Origin: Fibrobacter succinogenes
GTDB lineage: Bacteria; Fibrobacterota; Chitinivibrionia; Chitinivibrionales; Chitinivibrionaceae
Length of the DNA: 39,920 nt
Assembly: GCA_020726425.1 (NCBI GenBank)
Contig: DYSA01000001.1
Location: 1 to 39,920, forward strand
Reading direction: 5' to 3'
How positions within the stretch are numbered: position 1 is the first letter of the stretch; each line of letters opens with the position of its first letter. Under the pieces are notes generated by a model. The model did not search any database, was not told the origin of the DNA, and saw only the letters and a list, made by a program, of their open reading frames with translations. Shown one piece after another: positions 26,699 to 35,730 of this stretch. Position numbers and translations under genes: made by a program.

Positions 26699-27745
26699 TT
26701 AGCGAACGTTACGACTACTGTTCAGCAATACGTGACGGTAACTATCAATATCTTCAACAACCATAAGTGCTCCACGAGCAACACACGTCATAGGATCATC
26801 AGTGACACTAACCGGAAGATTGGTATCTTCGCGAATACGCTGATCGAGACCACGAAGTAGAGAACTTCCGCCAGTCATAACGATTCCCTTATCCAGAATA
26901 TCCGCAGAAAGTTCAGCCGGTGTCTGTTCGAGAGCGTTGCGAACAGCTTTCACAATTTTTTCAACAGGAGTATTAAGAGCTTCGCGAATTTCAACAGAAC
27001 TAATGCGAAGAGTTTTCGGAATACCTGCAACGAGGTCACGACCGCGAACATCCATCTCTAATTCTACTTCGAGCGGGAATGCAGACCCAATCTCTTTTTT
27101 CACTTGTTCTGCAGTCGATTCACCAACAAGAAGGTTGTAGGTTTTCTTAAGATACTCCACAATCGAAGCATCAAACTCATCGCCACCGACTTTTTCAGAG
27201 ATATCACATACCATACCGCCAAGTGAAATCACTGCAATTTCTGCAGTTCCACCACCAATATCAATAATCATATTCCCCGAAGATTCAAGGACTGGAATCC
27301 CCATACCAATTGCCGCCGCCATAGGTTCCGCAATAAGATGCACATCGGAAAGACCTGCTTTTTCTGCAGAATCGATCACTGAGCGCTGTTCTGCTTTGGT
27401 GATTCCCGAAGGAACACCAATAACGGCACGAGGTTTCAATGAAAACGTAGGACCACGTTGAATTTTCTTAACGAAATGTTTCAGCATCTCTTCAACAAGA
27501 TCGACATCGGCAATAACACCATCTTTCATTGGACGAACAGCGGAAATTTTCCCCGGTGTTCTTCCAAGCATCAATTTTGCATCTGATCCGATTTCAAGAA
27601 TTTCACCATTTGATCGGTCGATAGCAACTACTGAAGGTTCATCAATCAGCAGGCCTCTTCCCTTGGCGTAGATAAGTGTATTTGCAGTTCCAAGGTCAAT
27701 CCCGAGGGCTGTTCCAAAAAAGGAAAAAGAGGACCAAAAGCCCAT
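26699..27745 (-). CDS. mreB: Actin-like rod shape protein MreB
   Basis: GIDLGTANTLIY, DIGGGTAEIAVISLGG and GIVMTGGSSLLRGLD blocks. ATG 27745 (MGFWSSFSFFG amphipathic start) with GGAG SD is preferred over track GTG 27781. Confidence 0.95.
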   Translation of the reverse strand: MGFWSSFSFFGTALGIDLGTANTLIYAKGRGLLIDEPSVVAIDRSNGEILEIGSDAKLMLGRTPGKISAVRPMKDGVIADVDLVEEMLKHFVKKIQRGPTFSLKPRAVIGVPSGITKAEQRSVIDSAEKAGLSDVHLIAEPMAAAIGMGIPVLESSGNMIIDIGGGTAEIAVISLGGMVCDISEKVGGDEFDASIVEYLKKTYNLLVGESTAEQVKKEIGSAFPLEVELEMDVRGRDLVAGIPKTLRISSVEIREALNTPVEKIVKAVRNALEQTPAELSADILDKGIVMTGGSSLLRGLDQRIREDTNLPVSVTDDPMTCVARGALMVVEDIDSYRHVLLNSSRNVR

Positions 27746-27784
27746 ACGATAACTCCATTCATAGGAATAAAAAATTTGCACTCG

Positions 27785-27814
27785 AAAATAGTTTCAGACA
27801 CAGTGTCTATTCAA
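27785..27814 (-). promoter_or_regulatory. Candidate sigma70-type promoter of the mreBCD-mrdA-rodA operon with a palindrome in the spacer
   Basis: Minus strand TTGAAT (27814-27809), 18-nt spacer, TATTTT (27790-27785). The spacer contains the perfect palindrome AGACAC-N-GTGTCT (27796-27808). Confidence 0.4.
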
Positions 27815-27838
27815 TAGCGATAAGTACCAATTTTGCGG

Positions 27839-29086
27839 TTATTCTAGCCCAAGTTCTTCTTCTGTCGTCGAACTGTTCACGGTCGAATCTAAAACCGGTT
27901 TTTCAATCAATTTTTCATCTACTTTGACTGGTTCCACTTTCACCGGTTCTACTTTCACCGGTTCTACTTTCACCGGTTCCACTTCAGCTGAATCTGCCAT
28001 GTGAGAAAAATCATCGATGGCACTTGAAGACGAATTACCAATTTTAAAAGGGCGATATACTGCTCGCTTCTTATCTTTATAAGGATCATCGACCTCTTTT
28101 TTAGCACCTTCCAGATGAAACTTAACTGATGCCATCCAGTTAAGTTCGCGGGAACTTCCGAATTTATTCACTACAAAGCCCAAATCGGCATCGACAACGC
28201 GAGTATTTAGTCCAGCCCCAAAGTTTGCCAATGCGATACCGTTATTGATTTCATGACCAGCGCGAAGATCCACCCATTTCACGGGAGAATATTCAATACC
28301 AAGAGGATAAGAAAAACGATCACCCATTTCATCGGAAACAGAACGTGTAGTGTCATAGGTATGATGATAAACGGCGTCACCGGCGACCGCAATCTTTCCC
28401 GATTTAAGAGGTTGATCCCACGCAAGCCCGAACCTCAATTTCGAAGGAATGTCTTCTCCAACACCAAACTCTTCGGCACCGTCGTTGATCATAGGAGAAC
28501 TGATCCCCCAGTTAATCCCGGACAATCCCAACAAAAAACGATCTTCAAAAAAGCGCGCTTGTAAACCAAGTCCCAGCAAAATTGAGTACGCCGCATCGCC
28601 GTCAATCTGATCAAACGAAGTTCCAATCGTTCCACCCCACGTCAAATTCTTTGTTCGCTTGCGCCCAACACTGAGGGACAACTCTGAACTTTGCCACAAC
28701 AGACCGCTTCCAGACATATCGGGAACCGTAGTCCCAAAATCATCGGTGGGATACCCTGCACCTTCGACGTGATTCGAACCTTCAAATCCTAAAAACATAT
28801 CATTAAAGCGAATGCCAAGATCAAAAGCTGCAGAAGTTCTCTCGGAATATTCAGTTTGACGAGAAATTTCAAACTCCATGCTATAACCACTATCGGCTCC
28901 GTATAGTGCCGGATTGTACCAACGACTAAACGATCCCGGAAGTGCTGTCCCAGCCTCACCACGAGAAATCGTCGCTACACCAAAAGGACGATTCAATAGT
29001 TGAAACCCCGAACGCCCAGCCCAACTATTGACCGTTGCGGCAGAAAGAGTCAATGTTGAGAATAAAAAAAATATTCGTCGTTTCAT
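27839..29086 (-). CDS. PorV/PorQ-like outer-membrane beta-barrel protein with Pro/Lys/Glu repeat C-terminal tail
   Basis: Signal peptide MKRRIFFLFSTLTLSAATVNSWA (ATG 29086). The opening FQLLNRPFGVATISRGEAGTALPG...WYNPALYG resembles the PorV-family pattern (FL.i....aR..amG.A..A....a...NPA.L). Alternating amphipathic strands. The tail is (VEPVK)x4. Confidence 0.5.
   Translation of the reverse strand: MKRRIFFLFSTLTLSAATVNSWAGRSGFQLLNRPFGVATISRGEAGTALPGSFSRWYNPALYGADSGYSMEFEISRQTEYSERTSAAFDLGIRFNDMFLGFEGSNHVEGAGYPTDDFGTTVPDMSGSGLLWQSSELSLSVGRKRTKNLTWGGTIGTSFDQIDGDAAYSILLGLGLQARFFEDRFLLGLSGINWGISSPMINDGAEEFGVGEDIPSKLRFGLAWDQPLKSGKIAVAGDAVYHHTYDTTRSVSDEMGDRFSYPLGIEYSPVKWVDLRAGHEINNGIALANFGAGLNTRVVDADLGFVVNKFGSSRELNWMASVKFHLEGAKKEVDDPYKDKKRAVYRPFKIGNSSSSAIDDFSHMADSAEVEPVKVEPVKVEPVKVEPVKVDEKLIEKPVLDSTVNSSTTEEELGLE
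27921..27984 (-). repeat. 15-bp tandem repeat, 4.3 copies, encoding (VEPVK)n
   Basis: actttgactggttcc / actttcaccggttct / actttcaccggttct / actttcaccggttcc / actt. Inside the 3' end of the CDS at 27839-29086. Confidence 0.95.
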
Positions 29087-29097
29087 ATAAGACACCC

Positions 29098-30153
29098 TTA
29101 AAATTCAAAAAGGAAATCAAAGTAGTGATCGATACCGGCTCCGGAACCTGTTCCAGAAAGTGCATAATTCACGCTCATATCAGCAAATTTCAAACGATTT
29201 CCGAAATCCAGACCAAGTCCACCGGAAAATCGGGGAGATGATTCCAATTTATAGAGTTCTGCATCATTGAACATCGAATTGGTCAAAAGAAAATTTCGCA
29301 CACCAATTCGGAAGTCGAGTGTGTTGTTTAATCCCCATGTAACGCCGTTGTTCCATGTGGAAAACGGATGATCGAGGGCGCCAAAGTAACTATTTATTAC
29401 CCATAGATTAAGATCACTGTCTATGCGGATCGTTTGCCCAGAAACGATCCATTCGTGAGAAACAGCACCGACGAAAGGAGAAGCTGAAGTATCGCTTAAT
29501 GTCAACGAATATCCACCAGAGTTCCCTGTTTCATTCCAAACTTCAGACGAAAGAAGATCTTTCACACCAGCGGCAAGAATAGTTCCATTTTCTAACTCCC
29601 ATGATCCCAGAAGTGAAACTGCGCCAATGGATGATCTTTTTGCTCGAACCACCGCTTCATCGCGATAATCAACCGGCATTGATCCGTAAAGCCACCCCAG
29701 CGAAAGTCCCAATGAAAATGTTTTTGAAACCGCGAACCCTAAACCAAATTTTGATGTAATCGAAATGAAATCTTCACCGGAAATCGCTGTTTTATCATCG
29801 AAATACTGCGTCCCTAAATCGCTGATTCCTCGATAATAGAGTGCCCCACTCAACCCGAGTCGTGTGCGGCGGAAACGACCTTCGCCAGCCACAAAACCTT
29901 CTCCGCGTCCCAATGGAAGTACAGCTCCGCCAAGAGAAAGCGAAAATCTATCGTGAGCACCTGCCCGTGCTGCATTCCAAAATGCCATTCCAAAATCTGG
30001 ATTCGCCGTCGAAGCTCCTCCGCGACCTATGGCTACAGCAGAAAGTGGCATTTGCTGAACAACACCAGCATAACCTCCAGCAGCCACAACGCTCGCTGGT
30101 AATAGAGCAAGAAAAAGAGCGATACTAATTTTTTCCAACAATGACTTTTCCAA
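29098..30153 (-). CDS. Second PorV/PorQ-like outer-membrane beta-barrel protein
   Basis: Signal peptide (ISIALFLALLPASVVAAGG). Opening VVQQMPLSAVAIGRGGASTANPDFGMAFWNAARAG. The C-terminal residue is F, typical of OM barrels. TTG start; alternative TTGs lie at codons 5 and 6. It overlaps the upstream stop. Confidence 0.5.
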   Translation of the reverse strand: MEKSLLEKISIALFLALLPASVVAAGGYAGVVQQMPLSAVAIGRGGASTANPDFGMAFWNAARAGAHDRFSLSLGGAVLPLGRGEGFVAGEGRFRRTRLGLSGALYYRGISDLGTQYFDDKTAISGEDFISITSKFGLGFAVSKTFSLGLSLGWLYGSMPVDYRDEAVVRAKRSSIGAVSLLGSWELENGTILAAGVKDLLSSEVWNETGNSGGYSLTLSDTSASPFVGAVSHEWIVSGQTIRIDSDLNLWVINSYFGALDHPFSTWNNGVTWGLNNTLDFRIGVRNFLLTNSMFNDAELYKLESSPRFSGGLGLDFGNRLKFADMSVNYALSGTGSGAGIDHYFDFLFEF

Positions 30154-31549
30154 ATCCCCGCTCCCCTCTGTCGGTGGTTATTCTGAAATAATAGACTCCC
30201 GGAGCAACTGTTTCTCCACCGTGGCCTGAACGTGATCCATCCCAGAAATCTTTACCGCGAACCGTACTGTGACCGCTCGATGTTTTCACCCCGCTCTGGC
30301 GAGGCTCGTTATCGATAATACGACACACAAAATCTAAATTATAGTCGAGAATATCAATCGACACTGAAGCATCCTCGCCAAGCGAGTACTCGAATAGTGC
30401 ATTTGAAGATTCTCGAATAATAAATGGAACTGCATATATTTCAGCAAGTCCCGCAGATATCTTGCGATCGCGACGCACATACACGAACGGCTCCTTAGTC
30501 TGTTCATCTGCATGTTCATCTGTAGAATAGAAAAATCCGGCGGAAGTTGCAATCGCAAACAACGTGTCAGTGCCGATTACAGAATAGCCCATATCGCGAA
30601 TTTCATACGATCCACCAAAGCCGTCGCTGTTTTCAATGCGACGACCAAACTGATTTATCGACTCGTCAATCATTCCTGTAGAAACCGAATAGGGAACAAT
30701 TCCAATTTCCGGCGAAGCTGTATAATAGGTTGATTTTCCCATTCGAAGTATCGCACATTCGGAGTGATCAGAGAATATTTCAGTGAATGTAACATCATCT
30801 TTAAAGTGTCTAACTCTTCCCATTTCTGAATCTTCCCTGCCCGTAAGGATCAATCCAGAATCAGCTTCAGTCAGTCCAAACCAGTTAATTCCAGAAGGAA
30901 GTAACCGTTTTGACCATGTCGAATCGGCAAATCGAAATTTCATAAGGAGTGATCCGGTCAGAACCGTGAGTGAAGAGTCATCTGCAGATAGCGCCACCGG
31001 CTTAAGAGAATCGGAAACAACTGCGGTATATTCATACCCTGAGGGAAAAATTGTATTTGAATCGGGAATAAGAATGGCCGTGGGTTTACCGGATTCAACT
31101 TGCAGAATTCCAGCATCATACAAGGGAAGATAGAATTTCCCTGCATGAACTGTTCCGCAATAGCCATGTAATTCTGCGCCTTCTCCCCCAATTCCAGCGG
31201 GAACAAATGAATGAAGAGAAGAGGTTTGTTCCGAAAATTTGCGGTATAGATATGAAATTTCATTTGATGAGGTTGTAACCGGAATGATCATTTCAGAATC
31301 TGACAGGAGGATATCATCTCGATATAATTGTTCCTCATCGCTGAAAGGCTGAATTCCCGTGATTGATTTCCACTGAAGTGGTTGAAGACGAAGATCATCG
31401 ACCCAGCTTATTCCCGATTGCGAAGTGACCACAACTCGCGATCCGTGAATCGCCATATCGACAAGACTGTTTTCGAGAAACCCCGAACTCTCCTTTATCT
31501 GCGACAACAAACAGAACGGCAGGAGAACTGACAAATACTTACCGTTCAT
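30125..31549 (-). CDS. Secreted protein with C-terminal FlgD-Ig/T9SS-type sorting domain
   Basis: ATG 31549 gives MNGKYLSVLLPFCLLSQ (the track start is a GTG). The C-terminal 90 aa (ASVSIDILDYNLDFVCRIID...FWDGSRSGHGGETVAPGVYYFRITTDRGERGFGKVIVGKN) match the FlgD-Ig-like / Por_Secre_tail pattern. The body is beta-rich. Confidence 0.6.
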   Translation of the reverse strand: MNGKYLSVLLPFCLLSQIKESSGFLENSLVDMAIHGSRVVVTSQSGISWVDDLRLQPLQWKSITGIQPFSDEEQLYRDDILLSDSEMIIPVTTSSNEISYLYRKFSEQTSSLHSFVPAGIGGEGAELHGYCGTVHAGKFYLPLYDAGILQVESGKPTAILIPDSNTIFPSGYEYTAVVSDSLKPVALSADDSSLTVLTGSLLMKFRFADSTWSKRLLPSGINWFGLTEADSGLILTGREDSEMGRVRHFKDDVTFTEIFSDHSECAILRMGKSTYYTASPEIGIVPYSVSTGMIDESINQFGRRIENSDGFGGSYEIRDMGYSVIGTDTLFAIATSAGFFYSTDEHADEQTKEPFVYVRRDRKISAGLAEIYAVPFIIRESSNALFEYSLGEDASVSIDILDYNLDFVCRIIDNEPRQSGVKTSSGHSTVRGKDFWDGSRSGHGGETVAPGVYYFRITTDRGERGFGKVIVGKN

Positions 31550-32129
31550 CAAACACCTCCGTACCGGCGGGCTTTGTAAACGTGAATCGTTTAGAATCGA
31601 CACTTTTTGGGAAAATCATTTTTGTGAAACTATAGCGAGATTCGTTATTTTCAAGATCGACAAAAAGCACTGATCCAATTTTTTTACCATCCGCTGAAAG
31701 CTTGACTTCAATCTTGAGAAACTCCTTGTCTTTCCCTTCCCAACGAAGAATCTCACCAGATTTCGTCGGTATCACTTTAAAATCTCTGCCTACAAAATGA
31801 TCAAACAGTTTTGCTGGCTGCATCGAGTTATCCATCGATGCGGCTTTTTGTATGATAAGTTGTTTTTCTGAAGCAGAGTACTGCCAAAGCGTTGTTCCGT
31901 TGCAAATCCACCGAGTTCCCCCTAAGGCAAGGTCAAATCGGTTGTTGTCAGCGAGGAGCACGGTTCCTTTTTTCTTTTCGGTTTTTTCGCGAACAGACCA
32001 GAATATTTCCAAATTAAAGGCCAGATCGACGGGTTCCTTTTGAATTCGTTTTGTTATCGCTACAAAGTTCTCTTTCGTCCCACCAAATAGAGTTCCGGCA
32101 AGAATAAGAATCGCTAACAAACTGCGCAT
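31539..32129 (-). CDS. lolA: LolA-like outer-membrane lipoprotein carrier protein
   Basis: 196 aa with a signal peptide and a beta-rich open-barrel pattern. It lies immediately downstream of ftsK, as in E. coli. AGAGGG SD. Confidence 0.7.
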   Translation of the reverse strand: MRSLLAILILAGTLFGGTKENFVAITKRIQKEPVDLAFNLEIFWSVREKTEKKKGTVLLADNNRFDLALGGTRWICNGTTLWQYSASEKQLIIQKAASMDNSMQPAKLFDHFVGRDFKVIPTKSGEILRWEGKDKEFLKIEVKLSADGKKIGSVLFVDLENNESRYSFTKMIFPKSVDSKRFTFTKPAGTEVFDER

Positions 32130-32156
32130 GGCGCCCTCTTTTCACTCAAATTCGTA

Positions 32157-34664
32157 CTAGATAATTGTTTCCATCATCTCTTCAAACTGATCTTTTGACA
32201 TCAGAATTTCACGAACCTTACCACCTTGTGATGGCCCCACAACACCATACTGTTCGAGCTGATCCATGATTCTTCCCGCGCGATTGTACCCAACTTTAAA
32301 CCGTCTCTGCACCATAGACGTCGAAGCTATTCCGTTGGAAAGAACGAGGCGAGCCACATCTTCGAACATCTCATCTCTTTCGCCACTCTCCTCATCGTCA
32401 AATTCGCCACCTTCATCGAACGAATCTTTTGCATCACCCTTTTTAGGAATAGCTTTGAACTCGATTGTGCCGGTTTCATACCCCTGAGCTTTTATCGATT
32501 CAACAAGCTTTTCCACGTCCTCTTCTGAGATAAATGCACCGTGATAGCGTTCAATTGCCGGAGCGCCATTTTTGAGATAGAGCATATCCCCCATGCCGAG
32601 AAGTTTTTCTGCGCCAACAGTCCCCAGAATGGTTCGTGAATCTTGCGACTGAATGGTTCTAAAGGAGATACGAGAAGTCAAATTCGCTTTGATCGGCCCC
32701 GTAATAATATCAACCGAAGGTCGTTGTGTTGCCACAATAAGGTGAATCCCCACCGCTCGCGCCAACTGAGCGATACGCTGAACCAATGCTTCAACATCTT
32801 TCGAAGCGGTCATCATAAGATCCGCAAGTTCATCGATAATAATAACCACAAACGGAAGTTTACGATTCTCTTCCGGTTCGATCGAATTGCTTTCTACGTA
32901 TTTATCGAGAAGATTTCCATCAACTTTGCCATTGAACGACTCGAGATTTTTCGCTCCCACTTTTGCTAATAAGCGGTAACGATACTCCATCTCCTTTACT
33001 CCCCATTGAAGAGCGGCAACCGCTTTTTCTGGTTCCGTCACCACAGGAGACATGAGATGCGGGATACCTTCATAACAGGCCATCTCCACTTTTTTCGGGT
33101 CAATGAGAATCAGCCGAAGCTCTTCGGGAGTTTTACTAAACAACAGCGATGCAATGAAGGAGTTAATTCCCACTGATTTCCCCGCACCAGTCTGTCCCGC
33201 AATCAAAATGTGAGGCATTTTTGCGATATCTTCGATCAGCGGTTTTCCCGAAATGGACTTGCCCACAATAACGGGAAGTTTTGCTTTTCCCTGTTTGAAT
33301 GCCGCCGAAGTGAGTATCTCTTTGTAGTAAACAATTTCGCGCGTATCGTTCGGAATTTCAATTCCCACAGCCGCTTTTCCTGGAATCGGGGCCTGAATAC
33401 GAATTGCTTTTCCGCCGACCTTTAAGGCAATATCATCCTGAAGATTGAGAATCTTTTTAACTTGAATTCCCGGAGCAAGTTGAATCTCAAACTGAGTCAC
33501 CACTGGGCCAGGGCTTGCGCTGACCACTTTACATCCGCCGAGTTTGAACTCTTCAAGCGTACGAAGAAGTTCAAGACTCCGCTCTTCAATCCAAAACCGG
33601 TCGATTTCACTATTTTTAGCAGGAGGTTCGGACAATATATCTGGCGATGGCAGTTCATACGGTTTTTGTGGCACCGAAGTTCTAGGAATCAAATGATCCA
33701 CCGATTCGTCGGAATTATCACTCACTCCACGCACCAAAGATGGCTCGAGAAATGCCGCATTGTCAAAACCCGCATCTTCATCGTCGGGTGAACCGAGAAA
33801 CTCATCGGGAACATACTCTTCAGTGTAAGTGGTAATTGTTGGAGGAACGAATTCTGCGTGTTCATGCTCCAGAACTTCGTGAGTCATAAATGGAGTCATC
33901 TTTTCTACTTCCGCCTGCGAAGAAATATCTTCTTCCACAGCAGGAATCGCTACCGTTTTTTTCATTGGATACACTTTTGCCGCGGGAATCGACTGCGTTT
34001 TTCGTTCCTCACGAGCGAGCTCCTCCTCTTCTTCAGCCATTTTTTTCGCTTCGGCTTTTGCCCGAAGTTCTTCGGTGATCCCAGAGAGTTTTTCGGTAAG
34101 TTTTACCCACAGCTCTTTCATATCGATCTGAAGAAACCCTACAATTGTCAACAGCAAAGCGATTGAAACAATGAAATAGGGGCCAAAAGTCGCGGTGCCA
34201 AAAACGGGGAGAACGAGATGTTTTAAAACGAGATATCCAAAGGCATTGCCAATTGCTTCAAACTCGGGGTGAAGAAGTTCGGGAAGTCGAGGAATCGCCG
34301 CAAAAATTGAGGTTTCAAGAATGATTGCGGAAGTGAACAAGAGCGAGGCGAGATGAAGGCCTCGACCGCTGAAAATCTTGCGCCCCACATACATAATCAT
34401 CAAAGGAATGAGAAAAATAGGAACAGGACCAAAGAAAAATTCAAGTCCCATGGCGAGATACTGCCCAAGCCATGGCCCGAGAAGGTTCTGTTCTGATCCC
34501 GTACGATGAGAAATCAAGGCTACCAATATCATCAGACCGAGAGCCATATAGATGATTCCCCAAATCTGATACTGAACTGCCGTTGGTTCCCGCTTAATCG
34601 GCTTCGCTTTCGGTGTCTTTACCGGTTTTTCTTTTACTGCCGGTTCTTTTTTCTTAGTTGCCAT
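32157..34664 (-). CDS. ftsK: DNA translocase FtsK
   Basis: N-terminal TM helices and an acidic linker. Walker A IAGQTGAGKSVGIN, Walker B VVIIIDELADLMM. Gamma winged-helix ASTSMVQRRFKVGYNRAGRIMDQLEQYGVVGP. ATG 34664 (MATKKKEP, GGGGGA SD) is preferred over track TTG 34721. Confidence 0.95.
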   Translation of the reverse strand: MATKKKEPAVKEKPVKTPKAKPIKREPTAVQYQIWGIIYMALGLMILVALISHRTGSEQNLLGPWLGQYLAMGLEFFFGPVPIFLIPLMIMYVGRKIFSGRGLHLASLLFTSAIILETSIFAAIPRLPELLHPEFEAIGNAFGYLVLKHLVLPVFGTATFGPYFIVSIALLLTIVGFLQIDMKELWVKLTEKLSGITEELRAKAEAKKMAEEEEELAREERKTQSIPAAKVYPMKKTVAIPAVEEDISSQAEVEKMTPFMTHEVLEHEHAEFVPPTITTYTEEYVPDEFLGSPDDEDAGFDNAAFLEPSLVRGVSDNSDESVDHLIPRTSVPQKPYELPSPDILSEPPAKNSEIDRFWIEERSLELLRTLEEFKLGGCKVVSASPGPVVTQFEIQLAPGIQVKKILNLQDDIALKVGGKAIRIQAPIPGKAAVGIEIPNDTREIVYYKEILTSAAFKQGKAKLPVIVGKSISGKPLIEDIAKMPHILIAGQTGAGKSVGINSFIASLLFSKTPEELRLILIDPKKVEMACYEGIPHLMSPVVTEPEKAVAALQWGVKEMEYRYRLLAKVGAKNLESFNGKVDGNLLDKYVESNSIEPEENRKLPFVVIIIDELADLMMTASKDVEALVQRIAQLARAVGIHLIVATQRPSVDIITGPIKANLTSRISFRTIQSQDSRTILGTVGAEKLLGMGDMLYLKNGAPAIERYHGAFISEEDVEKLVESIKAQGYETGTIEFKAIPKKGDAKDSFDEGGEFDDEESGERDEMFEDVARLVLSNGIASTSMVQRRFKVGYNRAGRIMDQLEQYGVVGPSQGGKVREILMSKDQFEEMMETII

Positions 34665-35073
34665 TCTCTGTCCCCCATCGTTTTTCGACCGAATAGAGTG
34701 AAAAACGAATCTCTTTTGCAATTTCTGACAGTGGTGATTCTTCGATTAATTTGAGATACTCTTCTAAAACTCGTGAAGCTTCCTGTGCGCGGCGGATATT
34801 TGCAATCACCAGTTCATCCATCCCTGATCTCTCCCGCTCGCGAGCTTCTGACCCCGACCGAAAAGGATCGCGATCGCTTTCACGTCCAGCAAGAAGTTCC
34901 TGACGATTGAGTCCCGCTTCGATTTGTCGGATTTCATGGCGAAGTGCTTTGAGCTTTTGGGATTCTACCGAATCATTTATCACGAATCGATAATACTCTT
35001 CGACAACGCGAATTCCTTCGCGCAGTCGATTGAGATTAGCGTCAATAACGCGAAAAATAGCAGAACGGTTCAT
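34654..35073 (-). CDS. Stand-alone ThiD2-family domain protein (homologous to the N-terminal domain of some thiamine-phosphate synthases)
   Basis: RVIDANLNRLREGIRVVEEYYRF...ALRHEI...ANIRRAQEASRVLEEYLK...EIRFSLYSVEK follows the two-repeat IDANLNR.REGLRVLEE / AN.KR.QEALR.LEE pattern. There is no ThiE TIM-barrel part. Confidence 0.55.
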   Translation of the reverse strand: MNRSAIFRVIDANLNRLREGIRVVEEYYRFVINDSVESQKLKALRHEIRQIEAGLNRQELLAGRESDRDPFRSGSEARERERSGMDELVIANIRRAQEASRVLEEYLKLIEESPLSEIAKEIRFSLYSVEKRWGTENGN

Positions 35074-35717
35074 CGAAGTGAATCAATCTTGGCTTTGTAA
35101 TCATCGGTACCGAATACATAACTTCCCGCAACAAGAACATTCGCACCAGCTTCGCGACAGATCTTCGCAGTTTCGCCATTTACGCCGCCATCGACCTGGA
35201 TATCTATTTTCAGATTGAGTTTCTCCGCTTCCGCCCGAACAGCGCGAACTTTATCCATCACATCGGGAAGAAATTTCTGTCCGCCAAAACCGGCATACAC
35301 AGACATTATCAAAACCAATTCAATCTTTGGAAGAAGGTGCATGAACAGTTCCACCGGTTTGTCAGGATTCACCGCTACGCCAGCTTTACAACCAAGTTCG
35401 TGAATCTTATCAATAGTCGCTTCAAGATTTCCGCAGGCATCCGCATGAACAGTGATAATATCCGAACCTGCTTGGGCAAACTGTTCGAGATAGCGCATTG
35501 GTTCTGTGATCATAAGATGCACATCAAGCGTGAGATCGGTCATGCGATTCACCTGTTCTACGATCATTGGTCCATAACTGATATTGGGAACAAAGTGACC
35601 ATCCATAATATCACAGTGAATCCAATCAGCGCCCGCTTTTTCAACTCGAACAATATCTTCTCGAAGAGCGGCATAATCAGCTGACAAAATCGAAGGGGAA
35701 ATAATCGTGGAACTCAT
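35070..35717 (-). CDS. rpe: Ribulose-phosphate 3-epimerase
   Basis: ISPSILSADYAAL, HCDIMDGHFVPNISYGP and QVDGGVN blocks. ATG 35717 with GAGG SD is preferred over ATG 35753, which overlaps nadD. Confidence 0.95.
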   Translation of the reverse strand: MSSTIISPSILSADYAALREDIVRVEKAGADWIHCDIMDGHFVPNISYGPMIVEQVNRMTDLTLDVHLMITEPMRYLEQFAQAGSDIITVHADACGNLEATIDKIHELGCKAGVAVNPDKPVELFMHLLPKIELVLIMSVYAGFGGQKFLPDVMDKVRAVRAEAEKLNLKIDIQVDGGVNGETAKICREAGANVLVAGSYVFGTDDYKAKIDSLR

Positions 35718-35730
35718 GAACAAAACCTCA

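Noticed and set aside
27796-27808. AGACAC-N-GTGTCT as the intrinsic terminator of the upstream PorV-like gene
   Set aside because: The loop would be 1-3 nt, the stem is only 5-6 bp, and no U-tract follows. The position inside a promoter spacer fits an operator better. It is reported as a finding instead.
34654-35073. Calling this gene thiamine-phosphate synthase (thiE)
   Set aside because: Only the small N-terminal-type ThiD2 domain pattern is present. The about 200-aa TIM-barrel catalytic part of ThiE is absent.
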